A stretch of DNA of 64,000 nt, taken from the NCBI RefSeq assembly GCF_006345805.1, contig NC_042999.1, positions 146,258,001 to 146,322,000 on the forward strand, written 5' to 3'. The stretch is from Octopus sinensis (lineage: Eukaryota). The notes under the pieces are model-generated. The model searched no databases and was not told the origin of the DNA. It saw nothing but the letters and a program-made list of their open reading frames with translations. Below are positions 24,229-39,748 of this stretch, in pieces (position 1 is the first letter of the stretch; each line of letters opens with the position of its first letter). The position numbers and the translations under genes are program-made.

Positions 24229-24584
24229 TATAGATAGATAGATAGATAGATAAATAAATGGAGTTAAATGCTGGTGTTATTCAAATCTTTATACTTCCGA
24301 CATATATATATTTATGCACACATATATATTATTATATAATTTTACCAAGTCCAGATTTTGTTGAAGTCAATTTTGCCATTCATCCTTTATGGGTTGATAA
24401 CAATAGGTGTCAGTTGAACACTGGGGTTGATGTAATCAACTTGCCTCCTCCCCTGAATCATCAAACAAGGATCTGGTTGAACTGGGGCTATAGTAAAAAA
24501 CAGTTGCCCTAGTTGCATGCCCAAACCATCTGGCTGGGAATAAACCTTCTTAGCCATACAGCCATTCACATATTGGTTTCAAAT

Positions 24585-24790
24585 TTTGATACAAGGCCAC
24601 CAATTTCTGGGTAGTGGGTAAATCAATTAAATCAATCCCACCAATCAACTGGTACTTATTTTATTAACCCCAAGGGGATAAATGACAGAATTGACTCCAG
24701 CAGAATTTTACCTCAGAATATAAAGACAGATGAAATGCTGTTAGCATTTTGCTCAGCATTCTAACGATTCTGCCAGCCTGTTGCCTTATC
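24585..24790 (-). mobile_element. SINE family B, diverged
   Basis: actggtacttattttattaaccccaagggg...agaattttacctcagaat..taacgattctgccagc. Confidence 0.6.
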
Positions 24791-24823
24791 ACACAGCCAT
24801 TCACATATTATTGTAAATAATAT

Positions 24824-24987
24824 AGGCATAGGAGTGGCTGTGTGGTAAGTAGCTTGCTTACGAACCACATGGTTCTGAGTTCAGTCCCACTGTGTGGCAC
24901 CTTGGGTAAGTGACTTCTACTATAGCCTAAGGCCAACCAAAGCCTTGTGAGTGGATTTGATAGATGGAAAATGAAAGAAGCCTGTTG

Positions 24988-25060
<73 letters not shown>

Positions 25061-25275
25061 GTATGTGTTTGTGTGTCTGTGTTTGTCCTCCCAACATCGC
25101 TTGACAACTGATGCCGGTGTGTTTACGTCCCTGTAACTTAGCAGTTCAGCAAAAGAGCCTGATAGAATAAGTACTAGGCTGACAAAGAATAAGTTCTGGT
25201 GTCGATTTGCTCAACTAAATGTGGTGCTCCAGCATGGCCACTGTCAAATAACTGAAACAAGTAAAAGAGTAAAAG
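24824..25275 (+). mobile_element. SINE family A, full-length
   Basis: Head aggcataggagtggctgtgtggtaagtagc through tail gaaacaagtaaaagagtaaaaga. Confidence 0.87.
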
Positions 25276-26299
25276 AGTAAACAGACATAAGCCATGTCTC
25301 ATTTTAAACCACTTTATTTCATTATATATTCTCTGTTTTCCATTTTTTTTTTCAGCTTTCTCAGCATTTCATTTTGCAAGTTTTTTAAAATCTTTTTTTA
25401 AAATATTTTATTATATATATATTGACACATAAAATCTACACATAATTCACATATAGCATCTCACAACATGTTTATATTCGACTGGGTCAAATCGCTGAAA
25501 GAAATGAAATGTAGAACAAAAATGTCAGAAAAAAAAGAAAAAAAATCAAACAAAATTTGAATATAAACATATGCAATTTTACATAGCAGCTAATACGTAT
25601 ATGCGTATGTATATGTATAATTATATATACATATATGTATGCATGTATGCATATATGTATATGTATATATGCATACACTTGTGTTTTATACATGTAGACA
25701 CATGCACACACATTCCCTCAGTACATACAAGATTATACCTGCATATATACATACACAATATACATTATATACACTTACACACACACACACACATGCATAT
25801 ATATATACATACAGTGTGATTCAGATGACCCATTGACATATTCATGGTGTATAAAATATATTCTTTTCCTTTGTAACACTTTTGTTTTTATATATTATTT
25901 AACACTGCCTATGCTGTGTTATATGAAGGATATCACATACTTACATGCATACATACACATATTCATGACGCTATGATGAAGCTCTAAAGTGTTACTCAGG
26001 AATTCAACTATGAGTCACTGCATCTAATGCTAGAAACAGCTGTAAGCTAATGGAATCCATTCATTCCTTTGTCATCTCTGTTTTCTTATTACTGCTCTGT
26101 ATTCAACTAATGCTTTGTTCAGAAGTATACAGTTATTGAGTTCTACACCAGTTTATTAATGGCAAAATTACTATGCGCTACATATACTATATCTATCTAT
26201 ATATCTATCTATATGTATGTGTATATGTATATATATGTGCATATATGTACATAATAATATATATATAATATATATATAATATATATATATATATACACT

Positions 26300-26310
26300 A
26301 TATACATACC

Positions 26311-26366
<56 letters not shown>

Positions 26367-26520
26367 TATATATATATATATATATATAGAGATATATATA
26401 TATATTATATATAGATATATATATACATACCTACATATAACTATTTATATATATATATATATATATATGATATATATATATATATACATATATACATATA
26501 TACTACATACCTACATATAA

Positions 26521-26553
<33 letters not shown>

Positions 26554-27095
26554 ACATATTACATACATACCTACATATAACTTTTATAGATAATATATAT
26601 ATATATACATATATACATACATACCTACATATAACTATTTATAGATATATATATATATATATATATACATATATACATACATACCTACATATAACTATTT
26701 ATAGATATATATATATATATATACATATATACATACATACCTACATATAACTATTTTAGATATATATATTATATATACATATATACATACATACCTACAT
26801 ATAACTATTTTATAGAATATATATATTATATATATACATATATACATACATACCTACATATAACTATTTATAGATATATATATATATATATACATATTAC
26901 ATACATACCATATAACTATTTATAGATATATATATATATATATACATATATACATACATACCTACATATAACTATTTATAGATATATATATATATATATA
27001 TACATATATACATACATACCTACATATAACTATTTATAGATATATATACATATATACATATATACATACATACCTACATATAACTATTTATATAT
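26300..27095. repeat. Minisatellite, about 13 copies of a 55-65 bp unit with a variable (TA)n core
   Basis: Recurring tatacatacatacctacatataactatttatagatata(ta)n. Confidence 0.9.
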
Positions 27096-27136
27096 ATCAT
27101 CATCGTCGTTTAAGCGGACATTAAATGATGATGATG

Positions 27137-27169
<33 letters not shown>

Positions 27170-27499
27170 ATATGTACATACATAGTTATACATATGTATA
27201 TATATGTAAAAATATAAGTTTAATATAAATCATAAAAATGTCATTAGCAAATGGTGATAGGTTATTCACTGTCTTAAATATACTACAACGTTATGATAAT
27301 TTTGTTAATGTATTCATTTATTGAAATATTTAGCACAAGAATTGTAGAGTGGCTGCGACCAAGTATGACAGAAGAACATGTACCATTTTGGTATTCATAT
27401 TACTTAGCAGTGTAAAGGGTTTGGTGTCTAGATGGGTGAAGGAGTGCAATTTGTGGTGAAGTAGAAGTAATGATGAAGGATGGGGGAAGAGAAAGTGTT

Positions 27500-27544
<45 letters not shown>

Positions 27545-27649
27545 GAGAGAGAGAGAGAGTGACAGAAAGTGATGGGACTCAAATTAAGGAATCCAAGTGA
27601 AGTTGGCCAGTTGGCCATGAGGAACATTTGAATCACTCTGTATGAATAG

Positions 27650-27725
27650 ATATACATATGCATACATGAGCACACACGCACACATCCAGATATATATTGT
27701 ATACATACATACATACATACATACA

Positions 27726-27761
<36 letters not shown>

Positions 27762-29663
27762 TATATATGTATATATATATATGTATATATATATGTATAT
27801 ATGTATGTATATGTAAGTATGTATATATGTATGTATATGTAAGTATATATATATATATGTATATATATATCTATGTATATATATATATGTATATATGTAT
27901 ATATATATATACATATATATGTATATAGGTATATATATATATATATATATATATACATACATACATACAGACATACATATACATATATATATATATGGTA
28001 AATATGCATTTATATATCTATAAATCTATAAATATATAAATACATATATAACATATCTACATATATTTAGTTACAGGGTTATGTATATGCATATGTATAT
28101 ATATATATGTACTTACGTATATGTTTATTGCAATATATATAACCAAACACACATGCAGGTTTACATACATACTATTGCATACACAGACCAATCTCAAACA
28201 TACATATACAAAATTATATGTAAACAAAAGCTAACAAGACATATGATTGTACATATTTATACTTTTATACTCATGAACAGTTATCAATATATATATATAT
28301 ATATATTATATATAGTATATATATTATATTATATATTATTTATATATGTATATATATATATATATTTATATATGTATATATTTATATAGTTATATATTTA
28401 TATATATATATATATATATTTATATATGTATATATATTTATATATATACATATGATATATCTATGTATATATGTATGTATGTAATATGTGTGTATGTCTA
28501 TGTATATATATATGTGTGTATATATATGTATATATATACACATACACACATTCATATAAACATACATATACATATACACCTATAACACACACATATATGC
28601 ATATACATACATACATATATATATGTACATATATATATATATAATCATATGCTTTCATGAGTTGGTGTGTGTGTGTGTGTGTATATGCACACACAGACAG
28701 ACACACACATATATGTATATATAAATATATGTATGTATATATATATAATATATATATATATATATCTATATATATATATATAATATATATATATAATATT
28801 TTATATGAAAATATGTTTATTTGTATATATATATATAAATATGTGTTTATATCTATAACCATCTATCTAACTACATACATATATGTGCATGTATATATAT
28901 ATATATATAATATATATATATAACACACACACACATACATATATAGGGACACATACTTATGCACACATATATTTTAAACTCATAAACACATACGCAGACA
29001 AGGTGGTGGTAAATACAAACTCATACATATACTCCTATAGTAACTGGTATATATATAAATATACATATAAATATATATATATATAAACATATACGCAGTG
29101 GTATGTATATGTGTGTTTGTGTGTGTGTTTGTGAGTAAACTCATGTATTTCTGTTTTTATGTCTGTATACCATTAGATTCATTGTATGCAGGCATTTCCT
29201 ACATAGTTTATTTCCATATTCATATCTGCTCATGACATCAATCATGACAAGGAATGAATATGGAATATTATATAAATATGTGTGTTTGTATGTATGTATA
29301 TATATGTATATATATATATATATATACACATATATATATATACATATATATGTATATATATATGTATATATATTGATATGTATATATAGGTATGTATATA
29401 TATATATATATACACATATACATATATGTATATATATATAAATGTATATATGTATATATGTATGCATATATATATATATATAAATGTATATATGTATATA
29501 TGTATGCATATTTATATATATCATATATAGATATATATTATAATATGTATATATATATATATACGTATATATATATATGTATATGATATATGTATATATC
29601 TTTATATATCTATGTCATTATATTATGTATGTATATATATCTATGTATGTATATATGTATGTA

Positions 29664-29719
<56 letters not shown>

Positions 29720-30494
29720 CAGTAAAAACAGCAATAATTGCATTCATTACTGTTCACTGTTGTTTCCTGTACTTTTCAAGTAGGCAACTACAATTATGTC
29801 AAAAGACGAGGAAACATAACAACTCTACTGTATTGAGTCCCATTTTAGATATTTCTGTCTTCATATATACCTGCATATACATGAGTACCCAAACCAAGAT
29901 GTAAACACACACACACACAGACACACACACAGACATACAGACACACAGACACACACACACACACATGCACATACACATATGTATCATATGTATAGTGATA
30001 GATAGATAGATATATATATATACACACACATATATATATCTACTAATATATATTACTTAAAATATAGAAACCCAATCACACACACAGTCTGCATGCAGAA
30101 ATATAAACATGGTAATATGTACAAATGCCAATATACACACTTTAATGTATACTGAATAAAGTTTCATAACATATATACAATTATATGCTTATACTGTATT
30201 ATTTTTTTATATTTGTTTTCGCATTCTAAAAATAACTGAAATACATTGCTATTTTGTTTCTTCTAATAACAATAATAATAATCATAATAATTAGTATTAT
30301 TGTTATTTTCTCTTTTGATATTGTAATATTTTAACTTAATTTTTACAATATATCATTTAAAAAAAAAACTACAAATTAAAATGACCTTCGATAACAGTTT
30401 GTTCTTTGGCCTCATCTAGAAGTATCTCTGATGCCAGATTTTCCTCAAAAGTGTCTTTATGGATATATAATCATCATCGTCATCATCATTTAGC

Positions 30495-30525
<31 letters not shown>

Positions 30526-30667
30526 AGCATGAAAGTATGTGTGTTTGTATGTGTGTGTATATATAAATGCATATATACATATACATATATATGCATAAAC
30601 ATACATATTTACATATGTATATATTCATGTATATATCTAGATATGTATATATATATATGCACATACA

Positions 30668-30738
<71 letters not shown>

Positions 30739-30980
30739 ATGTATATATATACTTATGCAATTTGCTAGCAGAGGTTTTGTGAAAGGGAGAAATTCTCCTG
30801 GGGATAATGAAATAGAAATTTTCTTTTCGTTTTAAATTCATTTGTGTGTGTATATATGTTTACATATGTATATATATATGTATATATATATATATGCATA
30901 CATATATATGTTTATATATATATTTATATAAACACACATACATATATATATATATGCTTGTGTGTGTGTGTGTGTGTATG

Positions 30981-31016
<36 letters not shown>

Positions 31017-32610
31017 TCATGTACATAGAGATGCATATAATTGTGTGTGTGTGTAATTTGTATACGAATTTCAGTGTTGTTAAATTATAATAATTATATA
31101 GTATTTAATTTTTTACCAGTATAGTCATGTTACTCATCTTGTTTGTGATAAATGACAACATTTCATTAGCTGTAACCATTAGTTTTTCTCTTGTGCTAAG
31201 TTTACCTCTTAACATACTCAGAATTTCAAATCAAGCATAATTTGTTTTTGAATCATGGATGTAGCATGTTCTCATTCCACAATTTTATACTTGTGATGTC
31301 TCTTGTTCATTCCCCTGAAAGAAGAGTGTTTATAGAATCACTGACACAGGAATTGAACTTATGCCTGCCAGGTTAATTATAACACGTAGCAGTTTATTCT
31401 TGATAAATGCTTTCTTACTCTATACTATTGTCTTTAAAAATGGAAATAAGAAACATTAAATGTAACAGTAATGTATGGTTAGAAGGTTTAAAGTTTTTAA
31501 TTTCCATTGTCTTACTGCCATACCAAATGATAGTAGAGTGAATATAAGCATTGGTTATATTTGTTGTTTGCACCTAACTGAGTAGACACGAGTTCAATCC
31601 CATGGATTACTGAATCTGAATATATACACAAGTGGAAATGAGCAGGCAATTTCACAAGTATAAGTATAACTAATATCAGAACAGCTTTGATATAGACATC
31701 TGAATGGGAACAACGTTCTTGTCCCCATGCTTTGAATAAAGGGTATGTTTTGAAATTACAAGAACATTACTAAATATTACAGGCACTAGATGAAAGACTA
31801 ACAGTACATTGCTGAAAATGTTGTGCCTATATCAACGAAGATGAAGACACTAGTATATAATAATAATAATAATAATAATAAATATAATAATAATTATTAT
31901 TATTATTATAATAACCATACATATCTACACACACACACACACATATAAGTATATGTGTGTGTGTATATATATATATATATTATATATATATATATATGCA
32001 TATGAGCATTCTCATGTATGCTCTTGAATATAAATATGTGCTTGAGTGTTAACAGAGTTACAGCTAGCCAAGTTGAGAGAAAACTCTCTTTCAGGAAGAA
32101 GCATCAGTTTATAAAGATTTCATGATGGACACTATATTTGTTTCCTTATAGGAAGGAACAGTGAAGAAGAGAACTACTTGTATAGTCCACTTCTTACTTG
32201 CTCTGTCTAACTGTAACAGAGATGTAATTTGTTTAAAATTCACCTTGAAGTTGTGAGCAACAAATCAAATCATTGAAAAATTTAAATGCATTTTTGTTCA
32301 GAGCTTTACACTACGGAGCCAATATCATCTCCAGAGTTTACTGAAGAAAACCAAGAGGAAGCTTTCAAAGTGTATCCTTCTTCGAATCAGTAGAAGAAAA
32401 TTTAAACAGGAAATCCAACAATTGTATGTGTTGTAGTTAAGTAATTACTTTTATTTGTATGTTGGAAACATCCAATTTTTTTTTTTGATATTTTGCCCTT
32501 TAATGAGAATCTCCACAGGCGTGATCATTATCATCTTGATCAACACCTTTGTCATAATTATGCTCATTATCATTAATTTGTGTGTGAGTATATACATATG
32601 TATGTGTGTA

Positions 32611-32649
<39 letters not shown>

Positions 32650-33191
32650 ATATGAATATATATGTGTAGGTGTGTATGTATAGATATGTATATGTGTATG
32701 TATATATATATTTACATATATGCATACATATATGTATGCGTGTATGTATACTGTGTATGTATATATTATCAATCTCCTTAGCTTTCTAAGTATATTTGTC
32801 CATCTTTCTCTATATATCAGTATATATATTAAAATATGTATACATACATATATACATACATAAATAAATATATATGTATGTATAATATATATATATATAT
32901 TATATATATATATATATATATAATATACATACATGCATACATGCATGTGGGTGTGTTGTGTGTATGGATGGATGGATGGATAAGTGTCATACATGAAAGC
33001 ATATACTTCAATGTCTGTGTGAACATGAATGGAAGGAACAATATTCTGCAATGAAAAATAGAAAAAATAGAAACCTAAACAGATTTGAGGAATTTCAGAA
33101 CTGTCCAACAACACACTTCTTTCTCGTTTTTCATTATAATATATATATATATATATATATACATACAATTACATATACATATATACATACA

Positions 33192-33222
<31 letters not shown>

Positions 33223-33277
33223 GATATATTATATATATATATATATATATAGTTATATATGGTATGTATATATGTAT

Positions 33278-33308
<31 letters not shown>

Positions 33309-33331
33309 TTATATATATATAATATAATACA

Positions 33332-33374
<43 letters not shown>

Positions 33375-33650
33375 CACATATATATATACACATATCATAT
33401 ATATGTATAGATATATATATGAATATATATATATATATATAATATACATACACACACACATATATATACATATATATATGCATGTATATGTATCTATATA
33501 TGAATATGTAATTGTATGTATATATATATATATGAATATATATATATATACATATGTATGTATATATATATATATATATATATATCATATATATATAATA
33601 AATATAATATATATATATATTATATATATCTTATATTGATTTTCAAATAT
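27650..33650. repeat. Dense compound (TA)n/(TACA)n/(CA)n microsatellite field with small unique islands
   Basis: Directly visible; it accounts for the low-complexity Y/I/H/T/C/V ORFs. Confidence 0.9.
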
Positions 33651-35563
33651 ACATTTGATATTTTAACACCAGGTTTTCTTTGTTCTTCTGTCCTTCTTTT
33701 GTAATAGATTAAATAGGTCTGAACAATTAAAATTGACATGAATGTTTAGTTATCAAAACTGTCATTCATCTACTGGTCTGTGCATAATTATAAACCTTTT
33801 CTTCTTTATATTAAATCTTTGGAATAATTTTATTCCATGATTTTTACCTAATAATATATTCATCAAGGTAATATGTGAAAAGCAACTAAAATTTAAGTTA
33901 ATGTTTTAGCCAAGAAATTTGTGAAGGTATTTTCAAATTCAGCCTGAAGCAATCCACTTTGATTCATTTATGTCTTGAGGAAGTTATGACTGTCATAACA
34001 TACAAATTCTCTCCTTTTCTAAAAATTTATGGTTCTTGTGAATAGACAGAACAAGCCAATATCAGGCTTTGATATCTGTTAATCAAAATAAAGTTTGTTA
34101 TATTGCTTATTTGTTATTGATGTCCTCTCTTTTATTTTAATAACATGTGAGCATGTTTGTGAGAGATTATGTACTTGTGTATATGTGAATTTCATGATTG
34201 TATGTTATTTGTAAGTATGTATGCATGTATGCAGATAGGAACTGGGGTATATGTTTATGAAATACAGGGATAACCTTCTTCCAATGAGCCAGTCTATCTC
34301 CAAATCCTTATATTCATAATTTTATATGGACCAGTGTTTAAAATATTGAAAGTATAGCAGCACAGTAATAATGTAACCCAATCTTTCAGGATGGTCTGAA
34401 GCGTAACAATGAGCAAATTTTCCAAATTTAAAACTCATTGACATATATGGAAATATGGTTGTTTTGAACTTGAGCAACATCATAGGGGGAAAGGATATGT
34501 AATCCATGTTCTAAATTGTAATTTAACAGTGTTAACCATTTTTTAACCAAAGTAGTTTGTGATAAATATCATAAAAATATAACCAACAAAGTCTGGTGAG
34601 ACTAACAGCTTTATGCTGTCATAAGTCATCAGAATATGAAGCAATCACAGAAATTTGTTGTTCTATTGTGAGGAGAAACATTTGAGCATGTGCCAACAGT
34701 ATTTCTAACATTTTGGGTAGAGTCTTTCATTAATAAATGTTTTTAAATATATCGCATGGCACATAGATTTTTGTTTTGCTTTTTTCATTAACACTGTACC
34801 TCGAACATCACAGGCATATGTGTTGTAAAACCTTTCCTTGGTTATCACATACTGCCTCAATTTGTCATCCATTTCATACTGTCATTTCATTTTAATAGTA
34901 AATCAGCCTCGATCATCATATACTAGCTCTGTTATATTTCCTTTTGTGTGTTGTAAAATTGTGCCTTAGTCATATTTCCTTTCAAACGCTAAGACTGAAC
35001 CTTCGTCATCATATATACTGCCTCTGTTGTAGCAAAACTGTTTCTTCATTGTCATTTATTGCTTCTTCAAGATATTTGCTTTAGTGTAATAAATCTATGC
35101 CTTTGTCATCACACAGTCCTTAGCCCTCATCCCTCTCACATATATTTCTATTTACAAGTTTCATTGGAAACATACAAGTCTCTATCGATTGGAAGGGTAT
35201 AAAGAAATTTTTCTCAAATGATATTCACTTATTATTAGTTTGTCTTTGTTTCATATATATATATCTATATTTGTATTTTTGTAAGAACAGTCTTTCTTTC
35301 TTCTATGGCACTGGTTATTTTACTAACTCTCCTACATATAATCCAAGCCTACTGTTTTGAGGTCAGATGGTTTACTTGTAACACATCACTGTTACCTGTC
35401 TAATGGTAGAACATTCTTGCTAATAAAGTGACAATTATTCTTCTATCTAGGCTAAATGACTGCTCCTCTGGAGCCTGATTATTTTTTATTCTGGTTATGT
35501 GCTAGCTATTTTCGAGTTACTTTTCATCCTTTTATCTAAGACATCAGCCTGTGATTTCTATGT

Positions 35564-35611
<48 letters not shown>

Positions 35612-36314
35612 GGTGTTGTCACTATCAGAGTTTCTTCTTCTATCTGTGACTATCACACCTTTCATTGATTATCTAGGTGCATATTATTTAGGGTGTCACT
35701 TCTTTTCAAGACTGTGGAACATGGTTTGAGGGGTTTTAGCTGCTATTTCTTGTAGATTGCACAATCATAGAACGGCTCTGCCATCCCATTTGCTCATTTG
35801 ATGAGCATATTGTTATATCGTCTTAAGGTCTACATTTCAAAAGATGTTGTTCTCATTTTGAAGATGACCTTAACCTTAGATTTGTTAAAAGGGATTTTAA
35901 TTATGTAGTCACTTGACTACACTTTAAAGATAAAGTAAAATTCCCTTATTTATTTACCTGGTCTGTATTCAGAGAAATATTAACAGGTGAGATTATTTGA
36001 ATTGACTTGGAAGAACTTAAAAACAAGACCAAACACAACATAATAACAATGTTTAAGTAATAATAACAACAACAACAACAATAATAATAATAATCATAAT
36101 AGTAATAATGATAATGATAATAATAATGATATTTTATAGGATGGAGGTAACTCCTCCAATAGGTATACAGAAGCAAAAAAAAAAAAGAAGATAACAATGG
36201 CACTCTTCTTTTTTTGCTTTTACTTTAATAATAATAATAATATAATAATAATAATAATAATAATAATAGCAGCAGCAACAATAATAATATTCATAATTAT
36301 TTCTAATTTGAGGG

Positions 36315-37590
36315 GTGGTGGGGCAGTCAGTACAGTCAACCTCAGTATTTGACAAGTATTTTAATTATTGACCCCCAAAGGGATGAAAAGAAAAATTAAC
36401 CTAAACAAGATTTGAACTCAGAATGCAGAGAGTCAGAAGAAATGAATTTTTTCCAACACTTTAATGATTCTGCCAATTTGCCACCCAACAACAACAACAA
36501 CAACAACAGCAACAACAACAACAATAACAGTAATAATAGTAATAATAATCCTTTCTACTATAGACATCAGGCCTGAACATTTTGAGGGGAGGGTGTTAGT
36601 CAATTACATCAACCCAAATTGTTCTTACTTTATTGGCCCCCAAAAGGTAAAGTTGAGCTCAGTGACATTTGAACTCAGAACCTGAAGCCAGAAGAAATGC
36701 CAAGCATTTTGTCTGGTGTAGTAACAATGCGGCTAGCTCACTGACATAATAATAATAATAATAATAATAATAATAGCAATAATAATAATGATAATCCTTT
36801 CTACTATAGGCACAAGACCTGAAATGTGGGGGAAGGGCATGAATCGATTAGATCAACCCTAGTGCATAACTGGTACTTAATTTATCAACCTTGGTACAAA
36901 GCTAGCAATTTTAGGGGAGGGATGAGTCGATTACATTGACCCCCAGTACTTATTTTATCAGCTCCAAAAGGATGAAAGGCAAAGTTGACCTCAACAGAAT
37001 TCTGAACTCAGAACATAAAGACAGACGAAATGCCACTTAGCTTTTCACCCAGTGTGCTAACGATTCTGCCAGCTCACCAACTTAATAATAATCCTTTCTA
37101 CTGGAAGCACAAGGCCTCAAATTTTGAGGGAAGGGATTAAGTTGATTACATCGACCCCAGTATGTAACTGGTACTAATTTTATCGATCCCCGAAAGGATG
37201 AAAGGCAATGTCAACTTCAGTGGAATTTGAACTCAAAGCCCTAATAGCAGACTAAATACTGCTAAGCATTTCACCCAGCATGTTAACACTTCTGCCAGCT
37301 CACCGCCTTAATAGTAATAATAATAATGATAATAATAATAATAATCGTAATGATTGTTATAATGTTGATTTCTAACATAGATGCATGAAGGGAAAAGTTT
37401 GGATAGAATGGGCTATATTATGAAGGTATAATTGATGATATTTTTCCCGGGACTTCAGTGGTATTTTATTTTATTGACCCTGAAGAAATGATTGGCAAGG
37501 ATGAGCACCAAATTCAAAATTAGAATGCAAAGAAACTTAACTAAATGAGATATGGCATTTTGATTGCTGCCTTAACGATCTTGTGAACCC
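36315..37590 (-). mobile_element. Cluster of about 6 co-oriented SINE family B copies separated by (AAT/AAC)n
   Basis: Units tcctttctacta..ggc.caag.cct.aa...gacccc..actggtact..tttatc...ggatgaaaggcaa.g..gacctc..gaatttgaactcagaa at about 36315, 36548, 36793, 36895, 37090 and 37370. Confidence 0.8.
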
Positions 37591-39714
37591 ACAGCCCTTG
37601 TTCATTAAAATAAAATAACTATCATAAAATTAATAATTATAACATATTATCATAATTGTAACATATTTATTATGTAATATATTAAATGTAGTCAACCCCA
37701 ATCATTAATGCTGTGTCTGAGAAGTATAATAAATTAGTAACATAAACTTTTATGAAGAAAAGAAAAGCAAAAACAAAAACGAGAACAACAATAACAATAA
37801 CCAAATCATTGCTTTTAATGTTTTTAGTTTTTAAAGCGAAACCAAACCTTTGAAATATTGAAATATATTAAAGTCATTAAATATTTCTCTAAAGTAATAA
37901 ACAAAACACACCCTCACTAGCACACACTAGCACACATAATACCAACAACAGCAACAACCGTTCAAGAATTTGGACCTGGAGATCTCCATTTCCAGCGACT
38001 TTGAGGGCCACCTCCCAGTGGTGTTGGGCGTCAACGAAGAGCCCTCGACTACAACAAGATGACAAAAGTTTTTTTTCCAAGGTCTGGGGTCTCCCACCCC
38101 TAAACTCTAGACCATCACCTAATCACCCTTACCCGTCTTGTTGCTTAACAACAACAACAACAGCAACAGTAACAAAAGCTATAGAAGTTTAACAGTTATT
38201 AATTTGTTTTGACAAGAAAGAGGCTCAGTTTTCATCAAATTCTTGGCTGATAGATTTGATTGATTTATTTGAACTGACATTGGCAAATATATCTAACTCT
38301 CATTGGCTCAGTCCACTAAGCTCTAGAGTGGCTTCATGAGGTAGTTAAAGCTTCAAAATATACAGGAAAGAATTGCTGTATGCCTAAAGCATACTTTGAT
38401 AACTTTGCAGTACCATTTTGATTAATAGTTGTTGTTGTTGGTGGTGGATATCTTCCCTCTTATTTCCTCTACAATTCTGAGTTAAATAATTTATTTTACT
38501 GACAATTACAACCAGTCAAACATATAAAAATACCCAGAAAATGTTTGTAACAACTTTAAAAAAAAAAATTACAAATCATTATTTGAATGCTAAAATTTTG
38601 TATAAAGACATTCTATTGTTGTTGTTTCATCATAAGTCAAGTTTGACTAAACAGGGCTATGTCATAGATTCTGAAACTGTGACTATCTTTGGCCTTTGTC
38701 TAAGGCAAAGCATAGTTAAAACTACTTTGTACAATACTCCTTACCATTCTGAAGAACACTGGGTGTGATTTGAAGGAAATATTGCTGCTATTTCTCTAAC
38801 AGATCAACTAACCATGTAGACATTTCCCAAATGTATTAATCGGTTATATTATGCAGTATATTCTAATGAAACCAAGAGAGATTTGACCAGTCTCTCGCTT
38901 TACACTTACTTTTATATCATAGAGGTACATTGATCAAAAAGGCCCAACTTGTATTGTAAGCTGCAAGTTTTGAAATTACACAAAATAATTAATCCACATA
39001 GGAATATTATCACAGTTGTAAATAACATTCTACTGTAGGAAATAATAGCTGATCACCCACCTCCTTTGGACCTTACAATGTCAAATACCTATTTACATTG
39101 GAAATCATAAGGGAAAATCAGCTGTTGAGATACTTTGCTCCATACAAAAGCTGCTGGTACTACTCAGAGGATTTGCAAGCTCTTCTTCTAAATCTACTAC
39201 AATGTTGGAAACCTTCCATATTGTCAGCAGGCATCTCCAGGTCAAAAGTGCTTGCCCCTTAATGTGCAGGCTTTGCCAGTGTAGGGAAGCAAGGCCTGAA
39301 TTAGTTTCCACCTGTGGAAAGATTCCACATACAGTCTCTTACCAACCACAGCCTACATGAGCAGTCATTTATAAATACATTCAAGAAAGGCTTATCAATT
39401 CTAAATGTTATATGGTTAGACATAAATGTACATAACATACATTTATATGTATATAACTAACTTGTGTGCTACTATACTAATTAGATGACAAACTATGATG
39501 TAAAAATAAAAATAGCAGAAAAATTATATTTAAGTATCTAATTTGATAGAGAAAAGAAGAAAATTGGCTAGAACTCTGGTAACACAACTGCCTGACAAGA
39601 CACAGATACATAGTTCAGATCTTGCTAGTGAGCTGTTTCTGTTTTCTCTCTCAAACTGGTGTTATTTTATAACGACAAATTTCACTATAAATCTACATAC
39701 GTACATATATTGAT

Positions 39715-39748
<34 letters not shown>

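Noticed and set aside
27400-33700. Dozens of ORFs rich in Y/I/H/T/C/V/M (also at 41-43 kb and elsewhere)
   Set aside because: They are translations of (TA)n, (CA)n and (GTAT)n microsatellites, with no protein-like composition.
39070-39360. Non-repetitive island with long open frames on both strands
   Set aside because: No recognisable motif and no consistent splice pair; cannot choose between exon and decayed TE.
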